In this document: positions 46,115 to 55,868 of the stretch, in pieces
Numbering within the stretch: the stretch's first letter is position 1
Layout of the letters: every line of letters starts with the position of its first letter
IMG/VR virus record: IMGVR_UViG_3300042475_001147
Coordinates: 1-63,767 of that record
Direction: 5' to 3' (one strand)
DNA length: 63,767 nt
From: a virus
Lineage: Duplodnaviria; Caudoviricetes
The notes under the pieces: model-generated
Told to the model about the DNA's origin: nothing
Databases searched by the model: none
The model's input: only the letters and a program-made list of their open reading frames with translations
Made by a program: the position numbers and the translations under genes

Positions 46115-47784
46115 GCAATTTATTAGAACAAGCATCATTAGTAATGATCCCTTCTGGGTACAAGGAGGACGTAGTATACAGTGAGATCCCCATCAACGGA
46201 GCCGGCGATTTGGCGTTCACCCGAGCATCCAACGGGACAAGGATCAACAGCCAGGGATTGGTTGAGGTTTGCCCGTGGAATTTGTTAGAACAATCAAATA
46301 CTTTTAGCACAAGCCCGTGGGCAAATACCAATGTAACATTAACAAGCGGACAAACCGACCCAAACGGAGGGGCAACAGCATTTCGTGCGCAATTTTCTGG
46401 AGTTTCTTATTTGTTGCAAAATTTAACTGCATTAAATGGGACAAATTCAATCTATGCAAAAGCGTACGGGAGTACCGCAAAAATTAGATTATGCGACCCA
46501 AACGGCTCTTTTGGTACGCAGTATAATTTAACGACTGAATGGCAAAGAATTACAACAAGTGGGAACGCATTGGCGGGAATTTCAATCGATTCATATATTG
46601 ACGGAGGTTGGACATCGCAAGATATAGTAATCGCATTTGCACAAACCAACATCGGCTCAACCGCCAAACCCTATTTCCCCACAACCGACAGATTAAATGT
46701 TCCAAGATTAACTTATCAAAATGGCGGGGGCGGGTGTCCAAGTTTGTTGTTGGAGAAGCAGAGTACGAATTTGGTGACTTATTCAGAGCAGTTTGATAAT
46801 GCAGATTGGACTAAACTACAAACAAGCATAAGCGCAAATTCAGTAACAAGCCCCGACGGAACTACAAATGCAGACACATTGACCGCCGATGGAAGTTCAA
46901 ACGAGCATCAATTAAGAAGCACAGGTATTTTCACAATTACAAGCGGACAAGCATACACAACTTCAATTTTTGCGAAAGCGGGTACAAATAATTTTGTACA
47001 ATTAATTGGTTCGGGTGCAATCTTTTCCGCTACAACTTACGCAAATTTTAACATTGCTACGGGTGTTATTGGTGATGTTGGTGCGGGAACTACTGCAAAA
47101 ATAGATAATTTGGGTAACGGGTGGTATAGGTGTTCAATGATTGCAACTGCGATTTCAACAACATCGACAAACACTTTCCTATTCAATATCGTTACATCAA
47201 ATACGGCAATTCGTGGCGAATCAAATACACTTTCAACAAGTGTTTATGTATGGGGCGCACAAGTCGAAGCGTCATCTTACCCCACATCCTACATCCCAAC
47301 CACATCAGCAAGTGCCACAAGGGTGGCGGATACTTGTTTTAAGACGGGGATAACTAGTTTGATTGGGCAGACGGAGGGGGTGATGTTTGTCGATTGGAAC
47401 TTCACGGGTAATTATGATGTCAGTGGAATACTGGCAATTCAATTAATTACTGGTAGCAGTTTTGCTTATATTTATATTCAGAGTTCGGGGAGTTTAATTT
47501 TTGAATTATGGGATAATGGATTTCAGCAATCAATTATGACTTCTACAATAGGCGCAATAGGTCGCAAAAAAATGGCATTTGCTTACAAACAAAATGATTT
47601 TGCGGCTTATATGAATGGAACGCAATTAGCAACAGATACAAGCGGAACTGTCGGGGCGATGGGAAGCCTTTATGTGGGCGGAGGAAATACAAGTAATTAC
47701 GCAATTAATGGCGGAATGAACCAAGCCATCCTATTCCCAACCCGCCTAACAAACGCCGAATTGGCATCCATCACCAGTTTATAA
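46111..47784 (+). CDS. Spike/fibre protein with CBM-like and LamG/ConA-like domains
   Basis: FTRAS..TR.N, NVPRL.Y, LLLE.QSTNL..YSE.F, NGWYRC, WGAQ.EA..YPTSYIPT...ATR.AD. Confidence 0.75.
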   Translation: MSNLLEQASLVMIPSGYKEDVVYSEIPINGAGDLAFTRASNGTRINSQGLVEVCPWNLLEQSNTFSTSPWANTNVTLTSGQTDPNGGATAFRAQFSGVSYLLQNLTALNGTNSIYAKAYGSTAKIRLCDPNGSFGTQYNLTTEWQRITTSGNALAGISIDSYIDGGWTSQDIVIAFAQTNIGSTAKPYFPTTDRLNVPRLTYQNGGGGCPSLLLEKQSTNLVTYSEQFDNADWTKLQTSISANSVTSPDGTTNADTLTADGSSNEHQLRSTGIFTITSGQAYTTSIFAKAGTNNFVQLIGSGAIFSATTYANFNIATGVIGDVGAGTTAKIDNLGNGWYRCSMIATAISTTSTNTFLFNIVTSNTAIRGESNTLSTSVYVWGAQVEASSYPTSYIPTTSASATRVADTCFKTGITSLIGQTEGVMFVDWNFTGNYDVSGILAIQLITGSSFAYIYIQSSGSLIFELWDNGFQQSIMTSTIGAIGRKKMAFAYKQNDFAAYMNGTQLATDTSGTVGAMGSLYVGGGNTSNYAINGGMNQAILFPTRLTNAELASITSL

Positions 47785-48488
47785 TGGCAGTCGTTTATAT
47801 ACATATGAAACCAGAAAGTAAAGAGGTCTTTTATGTAGGCATTGGAAACGATGTTAAACGGGCTTATCATTTTGGTTCAAGAAGTGAGATTTGGAAACGC
47901 CATTATAATAAATATGGGGTATTAGTAAATGTTCTTTGTTCGGATATAGAATTAAATTCAGCCAAAGAAATTGAAAAATGGTTAATTGCATATTATGGTA
48001 AAAAACAATTATGCAATAGGACTGATGGCGGTGAAGGTTTTTTTGGTGGCAAACATTCGGAAGAATCAAAACAAAAAATGAGTGCGAAATTAAAAGGGCG
48101 CATTGCAACCGAAGAAACCAAAGCCAAAATAAGTGAAAAGTTGAAAGGTCATCCAAATTACAATTTGTCGCACACCGATGAGGCAAAGCGTAAAATAGGC
48201 GAAGCGTGGAAAGGTAAAAAAAGAAGTGAGTATTTTTGCCAACAAGTCAAGCAATCAAAAATAGGGTATTGCCCAAGTCGACAAGCCATTGAAAATGGAG
48301 TTAAAAAAAGACAAGAAACGGCAAGTTTAATCCAAGAAATTACCACGGGATTTGTAGGCAAAATTTGGGAAATTGAAAGTAAATTTGAGATTGACCGCAG
48401 AGCCGTTTATTATAACTGTCAATTAATGAAACCAATCACAAAAGGAATGGGCAAGGGATTGCAATTCCAAAAAATAACAACTTTGTAA
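47784..48488 (+). CDS. Free-standing GIY-YIG-like homing endonuclease with NUMOD3 repeats
   Basis: VVYIH...FYVGIG...RA...E..LI..Y...L.N.TDGGEG; HSEESKQKMS and EETKAKIS repeats. Confidence 0.8.
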   Translation: MAVVYIHMKPESKEVFYVGIGNDVKRAYHFGSRSEIWKRHYNKYGVLVNVLCSDIELNSAKEIEKWLIAYYGKKQLCNRTDGGEGFFGGKHSEESKQKMSAKLKGRIATEETKAKISEKLKGHPNYNLSHTDEAKRKIGEAWKGKKRSEYFCQQVKQSKIGYCPSRQAIENGVKKRQETASLIQEITTGFVGKIWEIESKFEIDRRAVYYNCQLMKPITKGMGKGLQFQKITTL

Positions 48489-48489
48489 A

Positions 48490-48861
48490 ATGAAGACCTT
48501 CACAAAATACGAATTCGCAAACGAAACCGAGTGGGCAACATACCAAGCCCAAATACAACAAACAAACATCAGCCCCGATGGTACGGAAACAAAATCCTAT
48601 GTAGGTTGTGCCGTTGTGGAATTAGGTAACATTTGTTTTGCCACGGATGAAGAAGGCAACTGCACAGACCTATCCACACAATGGGCGATTGACATTCTTT
48701 GGTACGAAGAACCCAAACCCGATTTCACGGCCTTTGAAGTATGGCCAAATCCCGTTGGCGTTCATACTTTTTCGGGTGATGACAATTTGTACCTGGTTGG
48801 ATATTGTGCCAAGTTCCCCGACTCTCCCTATTGTATTAAACCCGATAACCCAACAGAATAA
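48490..48861 (+). CDS. Hypothetical protein, fibre-module associated
   Basis: KYEF...AVVELG...DILW...GVHTF.G. Confidence 0.6.
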   Translation: MKTFTKYEFANETEWATYQAQIQQTNISPDGTETKSYVGCAVVELGNICFATDEEGNCTDLSTQWAIDILWYEEPKPDFTAFEVWPNPVGVHTFSGDDNLYLVGYCAKFPDSPYCIKPDNPTE

Positions 48862-49136
48862 TGGCCGTTCCTAAGAAAACCCCCGTCCCTGTCAGTTTTG
48901 AACAATTTAAAAAAAATCCAGTTGCGGCCGTGGCTTTTTGCATGCTTGTGGCTGTTAGCTATTTGTATATGGACCTTCGTTCGTCCAATCAAACGCAGAT
49001 TGACGAGTGCCGCAAAGAGATGGCGGTACTTCGTGCAGAGCAGAAGCAAGCCTACCGCGCACTGAAGACAGCCGACTCCGCTCTGTCAGCGGCAATTACT
49101 GAACTACGTATAATCAATTCAATGAAGAAGTTATGA
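48861..49136 (+). CDS. Membrane-anchored coiled-coil protein (lysis cassette)
   Basis: One TM segment followed by a coiled coil. Confidence 0.55.
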   Translation: MAVPKKTPVPVSFEQFKKNPVAAVAFCMLVAVSYLYMDLRSSNQTQIDECRKEMAVLRAEQKQAYRALKTADSALSAAITELRIINSMKKL

Positions 49137-49558
49137 AACACTTACTCCTGATCTTCACCGGTCTATTTATAACCGGCTATCTGTTTACCGAGTCTTGGGC
49201 TGTAGAATCCCCTAAGACAAACGAAATCGATGCGTTGCTAGCCAAGGTATCAAAGAACATAAACAATGCCTCACAGGCCACCGCAATGGCCAAGGAGGTA
49301 TCTCAGAAGATGGCAGAAGAAAAGGCCAAGGAGAAAGAGCAACTCAAGCAATCGGTAACTGACGCTATGGCCAAGGTTGAAAAGATGGAGAAGGTGCAAG
49401 AGATGTACGCTGCCAAGATGATTGCCAACGGCATTGACACCACCGTCGAGGAGGTTAAGATGACCGGGCCTGCATACGACGCCTATTTGAACTATGTTGA
49501 AGAGGGCGGCAAAGATGACTTTGAATATTTCAGAATGTACCTATGGCAACAAAAGTAA
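49133..49558 (+). CDS. Signal/TM-anchored coiled-coil protein (lysis cassette)
   Basis: MKHLLLIFTGLFITGYLF N-terminus. Confidence 0.55.
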   Translation: MKHLLLIFTGLFITGYLFTESWAVESPKTNEIDALLAKVSKNINNASQATAMAKEVSQKMAEEKAKEKEQLKQSVTDAMAKVEKMEKVQEMYAAKMIANGIDTTVEEVKMTGPAYDAYLNYVEEGGKDDFEYFRMYLWQQK

Positions 49559-49689
49559 AAAGCAACACGGCATCCTCATGGAAGCCAAAGCCCAAGGTCT
49601 CTAGACCCGGCGTTGTTTCCAAGAAGAAGAGTTCTTCATTGAAGACCTCTAAGAATTACGTCAAAAAATATAAAGGACAAGGGAAATGA
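49543..49689 (+). CDS. 48-aa basic peptide ending KKYKGQGK
   Basis: Hand-translated; ATGA-coupled to the next gene. Confidence 0.6.
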   Translation: MATKVKSNTASSWKPKPKVSRPGVVSKKKSSSLKTSKNYVKKYKGQGK

Positions 49690-49916
49690 AAAAACTATTA
49701 GAAATTTTTAAGGGAGACAAAGGCGAGTTCTCAAGCAAGCGCTTTGTCGGAATCATTGGTGCCTTCGTTTTATTTGGAACCATGGCTCACAACTCCATGT
49801 CTCCACAGGACATAGCCCCAAGCGCCGAACTGGTGCAAGCCGTAGAGTGGGTAACCATTCTGACGTTGGGCTTTACGTCCATCGACAAGTTCTCAAACAA
49901 GAAATCAGAAGAGTGA
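49686..49916 (+). CDS. Holin-like protein with two TM segments
   Basis: SSKRFVG..G...LG.TSIDKF; two hydrophobic segments. Confidence 0.55.
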   Translation: MKKLLEIFKGDKGEFSSKRFVGIIGAFVLFGTMAHNSMSPQDIAPSAELVQAVEWVTILTLGFTSIDKFSNKKSEE

Positions 49917-50299
49917 GATACCTGATCATCATACTTCTTCTATCGTCCTGCTCTGCCCAGTGGCATATCAAGCAGGCGTGCAAGAAGGATCCTGTTATCT
50001 GCGCCCCGGATACGCTCACCTTCACCGACACGATCAAGGTGAATGACTCTTTGTACTTCGAGAAGATCGTAGTCACCAAGGAGATTGACACCATCACCAT
50101 TGATACGGGTGGTATTCAAGTCAAGGTAATCCGATACAAGGACACCATCAAGACCATCGTCACTCAAAAACCAAAGACAATTATCAGGACCAAGACCATC
50201 ACAACCAAGCCAAGATTGGTATACAAAGAGCAAGATTATCCTTGGTGGCTTGTAATTGTTGCAGTAATTCTATTTATTTTGCTGATTATTAAACGATAA
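49913..50299 (+). CDS. Putative unimolecular spanin
   Basis: GTG start; lipobox LLSS-C, beta-rich middle, C-terminal TM WWLVIVAVILFILLIIKR. Confidence 0.65.
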   Translation: MRYLIIILLLSSCSAQWHIKQACKKDPVICAPDTLTFTDTIKVNDSLYFEKIVVTKEIDTITIDTGGIQVKVIRYKDTIKTIVTQKPKTIIRTKTITTKPRLVYKEQDYPWWLVIVAVILFILLIIKR

Positions 50300-50303
50300 G
50301 ACC

Positions 50304-50792
50304 ATGAACCTTACAGAACATTTTTCAATGAAGGAGTTGACTCACAGTCAGACTGCCATCAAGAACGGGATTCCTAACATCCCCAAAGACCCACAGGTTG
50401 TAGCCAACCTAACACTATTGTGCGAGAAAGTGCTTGAGCCATTGCGCGAAGGCATGAAATGCCCCATCAGAATCAGCAGCGGATACCGCTCACCTGAGTT
50501 GAACAAACTCATTGGTGGTGCCAAGGCGAGCCAACACAACATTGGTGAGGCTGTCGACATTGACTTGGACGAGAAGAACGCAGAGTTGTTTTCTTACATC
50601 GTGAACAACCTTGACTTCGACCAAATCATTTGGGAGTTCGGAGATGACAAGAACCCTGACTGGGTACACATATCTTACAAGGCTGCCGGTAACCGCAAGC
50701 AATTGTTGAAGGCATTGAAGTTGAATGGCAAGACATCCTACCAAGTGATGGATGCTTCTAAGTTCAAAGCCAAGAAGAAAGCAAGCAAGTAA
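50304..50792 (+). CDS. Endolysin, peptidase M15A family
   Basis: SSGYRS..LN..IGGA..SQH..GEAVD...WVHIS. Confidence 0.9.
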   Translation: MNLTEHFSMKELTHSQTAIKNGIPNIPKDPQVVANLTLLCEKVLEPLREGMKCPIRISSGYRSPELNKLIGGAKASQHNIGEAVDIDLDEKNAELFSYIVNNLDFDQIIWEFGDDKNPDWVHISYKAAGNRKQLLKALKLNGKTSYQVMDASKFKAKKKASK

Positions 50793-50816
50793 ATTGGTTT
50801 AGTCATAGTACATCAG

Positions 50817-50847
50817 TCCCCCTCCACCAAGGGGGATTTTTGTTTTT
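50817..50847 (+). terminator. Intrinsic terminator
   Basis: TCCCCCT-CCACCA-AGGGGGA plus T run. Confidence 0.75.
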
Positions 50848-50882
50848 AAAAAAGGTATATATTTGTACTAAAATCAAATCAA

Positions 50883-51113
50883 ATGAACTTAACAAAAGAA
50901 GAACTAGAAGCAATCCAGCAAATGAATGCTGAGTACAACCGTTTGAGGCTGAACATTTCAGACCTTGAGATGCAAAAACACTCTGTATTAATGATGCTTG
51001 ATTCCTTGCGTGAGAAATTCTCCAATCACGAGAGGCTGTTGATTGATCGCTACGGAGCAGATGCGGTGATCAACATGCAGACAGGGGAGATAACCAACAA
51101 AGAAAAAAAATAA
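50883..51113 (+). CDS. Small coiled-coil protein
   Basis: TATATTTG at 50858-50865; ends YG...INMQTGEI. Confidence 0.65.
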   Translation: MNLTKEELEAIQQMNAEYNRLRLNISDLEMQKHSVLMMLDSLREKFSNHERLLIDRYGADAVINMQTGEITNKEKK

Positions 51114-51454
51114 TGGCACCTGCAAAATTCATTGGAATGCTATTCCAATCACGCGACATGATGCACTTGATGCATCTCAAGACTGAATCCTTCGCCGAGC
51201 ATAAGGCGCTTAACGCGTACTATGATGGTATCTTGGAGTTCACCGACAGTTTCACTGAGTCGTACTTCGGTTACTACGGGCGTTTGGATATCACAATCCC
51301 CCAGTCTACAGCAGAGGATGCCATTACCCACTTGAAGTCATTGGCAAAGACCATCGACGACGAGTACAAGAACTACCCTCATTGCTTGCAGAACATTCTT
51401 GATGAGATGTCAGCCCTTATCTACAAAACCTTATACCTATTAACACTTACCTAA
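51113..51454 (+). CDS. Ferritin/Dps-like four-helix protein (DUF5856-like)
   Basis: H..HL.T.SFAEHKAL..YYD......D...E.Y.G.YG...LQNI.DE...LI..T.Y.L. Confidence 0.7.
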   Translation: MAPAKFIGMLFQSRDMMHLMHLKTESFAEHKALNAYYDGILEFTDSFTESYFGYYGRLDITIPQSTAEDAITHLKSLAKTIDDEYKNYPHCLQNILDEMSALIYKTLYLLTLT

Positions 51455-51455
51455 G

Positions 51456-52061
51456 ATGAAAATTTCACAGTATAACGTCGACAGTTCCCCGACCGTATCG
51501 GATAAATTAATTGGAACAGAAGTATCATCAAGCAACGAAACTAAGAACTATACTATTGGTTCTATTGCTGCCTTATGTGCTAGTGTTTTTGAATTCACTC
51601 CTGTGTTGGTTGCTACATCCACCGTGAACCAACTACCCAGTGGTCTTGATAATCCGTTGCAGGTTAGTTTCGGTGCGGCTCAAGGAACATCGGGCGACGC
51701 TGTGATGATTGCATCTAACGGGACCATTACCTTCAACCAAACTGGCTTGTATCTGATCAACGGCTATGGCAACATAGAACGTCAAGGTTCTTCCGGTGGT
51801 GTTACTGTTACTTTGTTCCGCTTCTTGGTGAACGGAGTTCAATCTAGTAGCACTAAGGGAGTCGAGTTAGATTCTACCGGTGTTATGTTCCCGTATGAAA
51901 TAACCATACCGATCAACATTACAACCGCTGGTACTACCATGTCTTTCGAGATTATGCGCGACAGTTCAGGTGTAAATAACGGTGGGTTGTACACTCATAC
52001 CAACTTGGGTGGATGGAGCAATGTGCCATCAGCCGAGATAAGTATCTGGCAACTCCAATAA
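51456..52061 (+). CDS. Virion decoration-type protein, C1q/BclA-like beta domain
   Basis: N-terminal KISQY...DKLIG...TKNYT; GTITF.QTGLY.I. Confidence 0.5.
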   Translation: MKISQYNVDSSPTVSDKLIGTEVSSSNETKNYTIGSIAALCASVFEFTPVLVATSTVNQLPSGLDNPLQVSFGAAQGTSGDAVMIASNGTITFNQTGLYLINGYGNIERQGSSGGVTVTLFRFLVNGVQSSSTKGVELDSTGVMFPYEITIPINITTAGTTMSFEIMRDSSGVNNGGLYTHTNLGGWSNVPSAEISIWQLQ

Positions 52062-52096
52062 CATCATTAACAAAATCAAATCTAATCAAATGAAAT

Positions 52097-52324
52097 ATGG
52101 ACATCAGGAAAATAGCGATTGGTCCGGACTACAAGGGGGGTGCTATGCATTATATCGTGGGGCAAAAGGTGCTGAACGATACCAATGAGATACACCTAAT
52201 CAAGTACGACGAACGTAAGCAATCGATCAAAATTTACATCATCAACCCCAAGCAAGAGGTTGTGCTTTGGAAGGAGTTTTCTTCTACCATCCCTGTATCC
52301 ATAGAATACAACATTAACTATTGA
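52097..52324 (+). CDS. Phage hypothetical protein
   Basis: IRKI.IG.DYK..AMHY.VGQ...WKEF...P.SIEYN. Confidence 0.7.
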   Translation: MDIRKIAIGPDYKGGAMHYIVGQKVLNDTNEIHLIKYDERKQSIKIYIINPKQEVVLWKEFSSTIPVSIEYNINY

Positions 52325-52887
52325 TGCAGTCACCATTTTATTTTATCGCCAAGCCAGTAAAGGGGAAGCGATATAACAACACCAAGGAGATTGGTGGTAT
52401 CGAGTTGATTATCAGCACCTCCGAAGAAGATCATAAATTCTCAAACCGAGAAGCAGAGGTCATTGAAGTACCCCGTGGGTACGACGGGCCGATTGTTCCG
52501 GGAGACATATTATTAGTACACCACAATGTTTTCAAATTCTACAACGACATCAAAGGAAATCGAAAGAGTGGGAAGAGTTTCTTTCGTGAAGATTTATTTT
52601 TCATCGAACTTGACCAATTTTTCCTATACCAACATAGCGGGCAGTGGCATGCATACGATCGATATTGTTTCGTCAAGCCCATACCTGTACAGAAATCATA
52701 CATCTTTAAGCCGTTCAAGGAAGAACCCTTGATGGGGGAGATGGTCTACCCCAACGACTACCTTGTCAGCAAGGGCGTGAATTCGGGTGACCTAGTGTGC
52801 TTTCAGCCTGAGAGCGAGTACGAGTTTGAGGTAGACGGAGAGAAGTTGTACAGGATATACGATCATCAGATAACAATTAAACTATGA
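52324..52887 (+). CDS. Double-domain GroES-like protein
   Basis: Two barrel-like units (EVIEVP...I.PGD.LLVHH; GEMVY...V.SGDLV.F...YEF.VDGEKLY). Confidence 0.6.
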   Translation: MQSPFYFIAKPVKGKRYNNTKEIGGIELIISTSEEDHKFSNREAEVIEVPRGYDGPIVPGDILLVHHNVFKFYNDIKGNRKSGKSFFREDLFFIELDQFFLYQHSGQWHAYDRYCFVKPIPVQKSYIFKPFKEEPLMGEMVYPNDYLVSKGVNSGDLVCFQPESEYEFEVDGEKLYRIYDHQITIKL

Positions 52888-53363
52888 ATTTAGGGATATT
52901 AGACAACGTATTAATTGACCCAGAGAGATACATAAGGGAGATCCATAGTGGGGAGTTTATTGATGTGGTTGATGGGGACAGGGTGTTCCATAACATTCAA
53001 CCAAGATCCAGCGTCGACATGTTCGCGCGTACAGCGATGGCCTATTTGGGTCCGGACTTCTACGTGACGTTTAATTTCGTTCGCAAGTCACCGCTTGGGC
53101 AGCAAGAACCGAACTTCATCCACACCGATGAGATGATGGGCGATGTTACCGCGATACTCTATCTGAGCAAGGACCACCCGAAAGAAGATGGCACTACCAT
53201 CTATGACCAGGACGGTGAAAGGTCTTGCGTGTTGTATTCGAAGTTCAATCGCATGGTGATATTCGATTCTGAGTTGGCGCACTCCCGTAACATTTTTGAG
53301 AACTTCGGAGAGGGTGACGATTCAAGGCTCATCCAAGTTGCATTCCTAAAAAGCCAACCATGA
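52884..53363 (+). CDS. 2OG-Fe(II) oxygenase-like protein
   Basis: IHTD, TAILYL, GTTIY, FNR.VIFD....HS, R..QV.F. Confidence 0.75.
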   Translation: MNLGILDNVLIDPERYIREIHSGEFIDVVDGDRVFHNIQPRSSVDMFARTAMAYLGPDFYVTFNFVRKSPLGQQEPNFIHTDEMMGDVTAILYLSKDHPKEDGTTIYDQDGERSCVLYSKFNRMVIFDSELAHSRNIFENFGEGDDSRLIQVAFLKSQP

Positions 53364-53644
53364 TAGACAACAAGGAAATCAAAATCAAGATCATCGAGGC
53401 GGGATATATTGCTGTTGAGAGGCTGATTAAGGTGGCTCAAGAGGATATCATAAAGCCGGGGGATGACGACGAGTTATCGGCTGACAAATTAAAGAACGCT
53501 GCGGCTACCAAAAAGTTGGCTATATTTGATGCATTCGATATTCTAAACCGCATCATTGCGGAGAGAGAGAACATCGACATGGTTGAGAGTGGCCCTAAAA
53601 AATCAGATTCTAAACGTGGTTTCGCAGAGAGAAGATCAAAATAG
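53360..53644 (+). CDS. Putative terminase small subunit
   Basis: Helical 94 aa immediately before TerL; LKNAAATKKLAIFDAF.IL, ends GFAERRSK. Confidence 0.55.
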   Translation: MIDNKEIKIKIIEAGYIAVERLIKVAQEDIIKPGDDDELSADKLKNAAATKKLAIFDAFDILNRIIAERENIDMVESGPKKSDSKRGFAERRSK

Positions 53645-55868
53645 CCTGTACATTGAACTGAAGGACTACATTCCAAAGACGGTCTTGAACCACAAGAACG
53701 CGCTGAAGGGATGGCGTTACGGATACAATGAGCAGTACGACATGGTGATAATCTCCAAGAGCGGGCAGATCGGGCAGATCATGAAGATCTCCGGTCTCAT
53801 CGTTGCGTTGCCACTGGCACCCGAGAAGGTGTACTCTCGCAGCAAGAAGATAGCCGAGCAGTATTGGGAGCGTCAAGAATATCCCAAGGAACTACAGCGC
53901 ATTCAGTCAATCTTCCAATGGAACGAACTCCCCTCGGAGTTTAAGGATCGGTGGATTGATCATATCGAAAGCCACTACGACAGTCGTGAGCAAGGCTTTT
54001 GGTTTATGAACTATGGCGAACCCACCTACGTGACGGGGAGCCATTGGATGTACCTTCAGTGGTCTAGCATTGACGTTGGTTACCCCGACTACCGGGAAGC
54101 CAACAGGATATTCTTCATCTTTTGGGAAGCGTGCAAGGCGGACATTCGCTGCTTCGGGATGATCTACTTGAAGATACGTCGTTCGGGATTCTCGTTCATG
54201 TGTTCTTCAGAGGTGGTAAACATCGGTACGTTGGCACGAGATTCAAGGGTGGGCATTCTGTCCAAGACCGGTATCGATGCCAAGAAGATGTTCACCGACA
54301 AGGTCGTGCCTATCAACAGCAAGTTGCCGTTCTTCTTCAAGCCGGTGATGGATGGTATGGACAAGCCGAAGACTGAATTGGCATACCGAGTACCAGCGTC
54401 GAAGATCACTAAGAAGAACATGTACGATGTTTCGTTGGATGAGATTGATGGGTTGGATACCACCATTGACTGGCGTAACACGGAAGAGAACTCATATGAC
54501 GGGGAAAAGTTGTTGTTCTTGGCGCATGACGAGAGCGCCAAGTGGGTGAAGCCCAACAACATCCTCAACAACTGGCGCGTAACCAAGACCTGTTTGCGTG
54601 TCGGTAGCAAGATTATCGGCAAGTGCATGATGGGTTCAACGTCCAATGCACTGAGCAAGGGTGGTGATAACTACAAGAGACTATACGAAGATTCAAATGC
54701 AGCAATTAGAAATGCTAACGGACAGACTAAGAGTGGCTTATACAATCTGTTTATTCCGATGGAGTGGAACATGGAGGGCTTTATCGATCGATTCGGTATG
54801 CCTGTGTTTAGGACTCCTAGCAACCCGGTAAAGGGGGTTGACAACAACTGGATCAAGATTGGTGCCATTGATTATTGGGATGCGGAGGTTGCTTCGCTCA
54901 AGAACGACGCGGATTCGTTGAACGAATTCTACCGTCAGTTCCCACGCACGGAGTCACACGCATTCCGTGATGAGAGCAAGTCATCGCTCTTCAACCTTAC
55001 CAAAATCTACCAACAGATTGACTACAACGACTCGCAAGTGTTGGCCCACACGGTGACACGCGGGACGTTTATGTGGAAGGATGGCATCAAGGATACCAAG
55101 GTGCTGTTCGTCCCTGACAATAGAGGCAGGTTCTTGGTGAGTTGGGTCCCCGACTCCAACATGCAGAACAGCATGATCACCCGCAATGGGATCAAGTACC
55201 CCGGAAACGAGCATCTCGGTTCGTTCGGTTGTGACTCATACGATATTTCGGCCACCGTCGATGGGCGTGGGTCTAATGGTGCGTTACACGGGCTGACCAA
55301 GTACCACATGGACAATGCCCCCACCAACGAGTTCTTCCTTGAGTACATATCGAGGCCACCAACGGCGGAGATATTCTTCGAGGACGTGCTGATGGCATTG
55401 GTATTCTATGGTATGCCGGTGCTAGCGGAGAACAACAAACCGCGATTGCTATACCATTTGAAGAACAGGGGCTACCGAGGATACAGCATCAACCGACCCG
55501 ACAAGTTGTACAACAATCTGTCCAAGACAGAACGCGAGTTGGGTGGTATACCAAACTCATCGGAGGACGTGAGGCAGTCGCACGCTGCGGCCATCGAGTC
55601 CTACATCGAGAAGCACATCGGGTTTGACTTTGAAGGGCGGTACAGAGACTCTGATTTGATAGGCACAATGCCATTCAATAAGACACTCGAGGACTGGGCA
55701 AAGTTCGATATATCCAACAGGACACGCTTCGATGCGTCAATCAGTTCGGGGCTTGCTATTATGGCAAATCAAAAACACCTATATTTACCTGAAAAAAAAG
55801 AATCAAAAATTAGCATTACTTTTGCAAGGTACTCAAACAAAGGGGATATAAGTGAAATCATTCGATAA
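53616..55868 (+). CDS. terL: Terminase large subunit (probable GTG start)
   Basis: LKIRRSGFS Walker A variant, LAHDE Walker B, MGST, FGCDSYD and FDA.ISSG nuclease motifs. Confidence 0.88.
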   Translation: MVSQREDQNSLYIELKDYIPKTVLNHKNALKGWRYGYNEQYDMVIISKSGQIGQIMKISGLIVALPLAPEKVYSRSKKIAEQYWERQEYPKELQRIQSIFQWNELPSEFKDRWIDHIESHYDSREQGFWFMNYGEPTYVTGSHWMYLQWSSIDVGYPDYREANRIFFIFWEACKADIRCFGMIYLKIRRSGFSFMCSSEVVNIGTLARDSRVGILSKTGIDAKKMFTDKVVPINSKLPFFFKPVMDGMDKPKTELAYRVPASKITKKNMYDVSLDEIDGLDTTIDWRNTEENSYDGEKLLFLAHDESAKWVKPNNILNNWRVTKTCLRVGSKIIGKCMMGSTSNALSKGGDNYKRLYEDSNAAIRNANGQTKSGLYNLFIPMEWNMEGFIDRFGMPVFRTPSNPVKGVDNNWIKIGAIDYWDAEVASLKNDADSLNEFYRQFPRTESHAFRDESKSSLFNLTKIYQQIDYNDSQVLAHTVTRGTFMWKDGIKDTKVLFVPDNRGRFLVSWVPDSNMQNSMITRNGIKYPGNEHLGSFGCDSYDISATVDGRGSNGALHGLTKYHMDNAPTNEFFLEYISRPPTAEIFFEDVLMALVFYGMPVLAENNKPRLLYHLKNRGYRGYSINRPDKLYNNLSKTERELGGIPNSSEDVRQSHAAAIESYIEKHIGFDFEGRYRDSDLIGTMPFNKTLEDWAKFDISNRTRFDASISSGLAIMANQKHLYLPEKKESKISITFARYSNKGDISEIIR

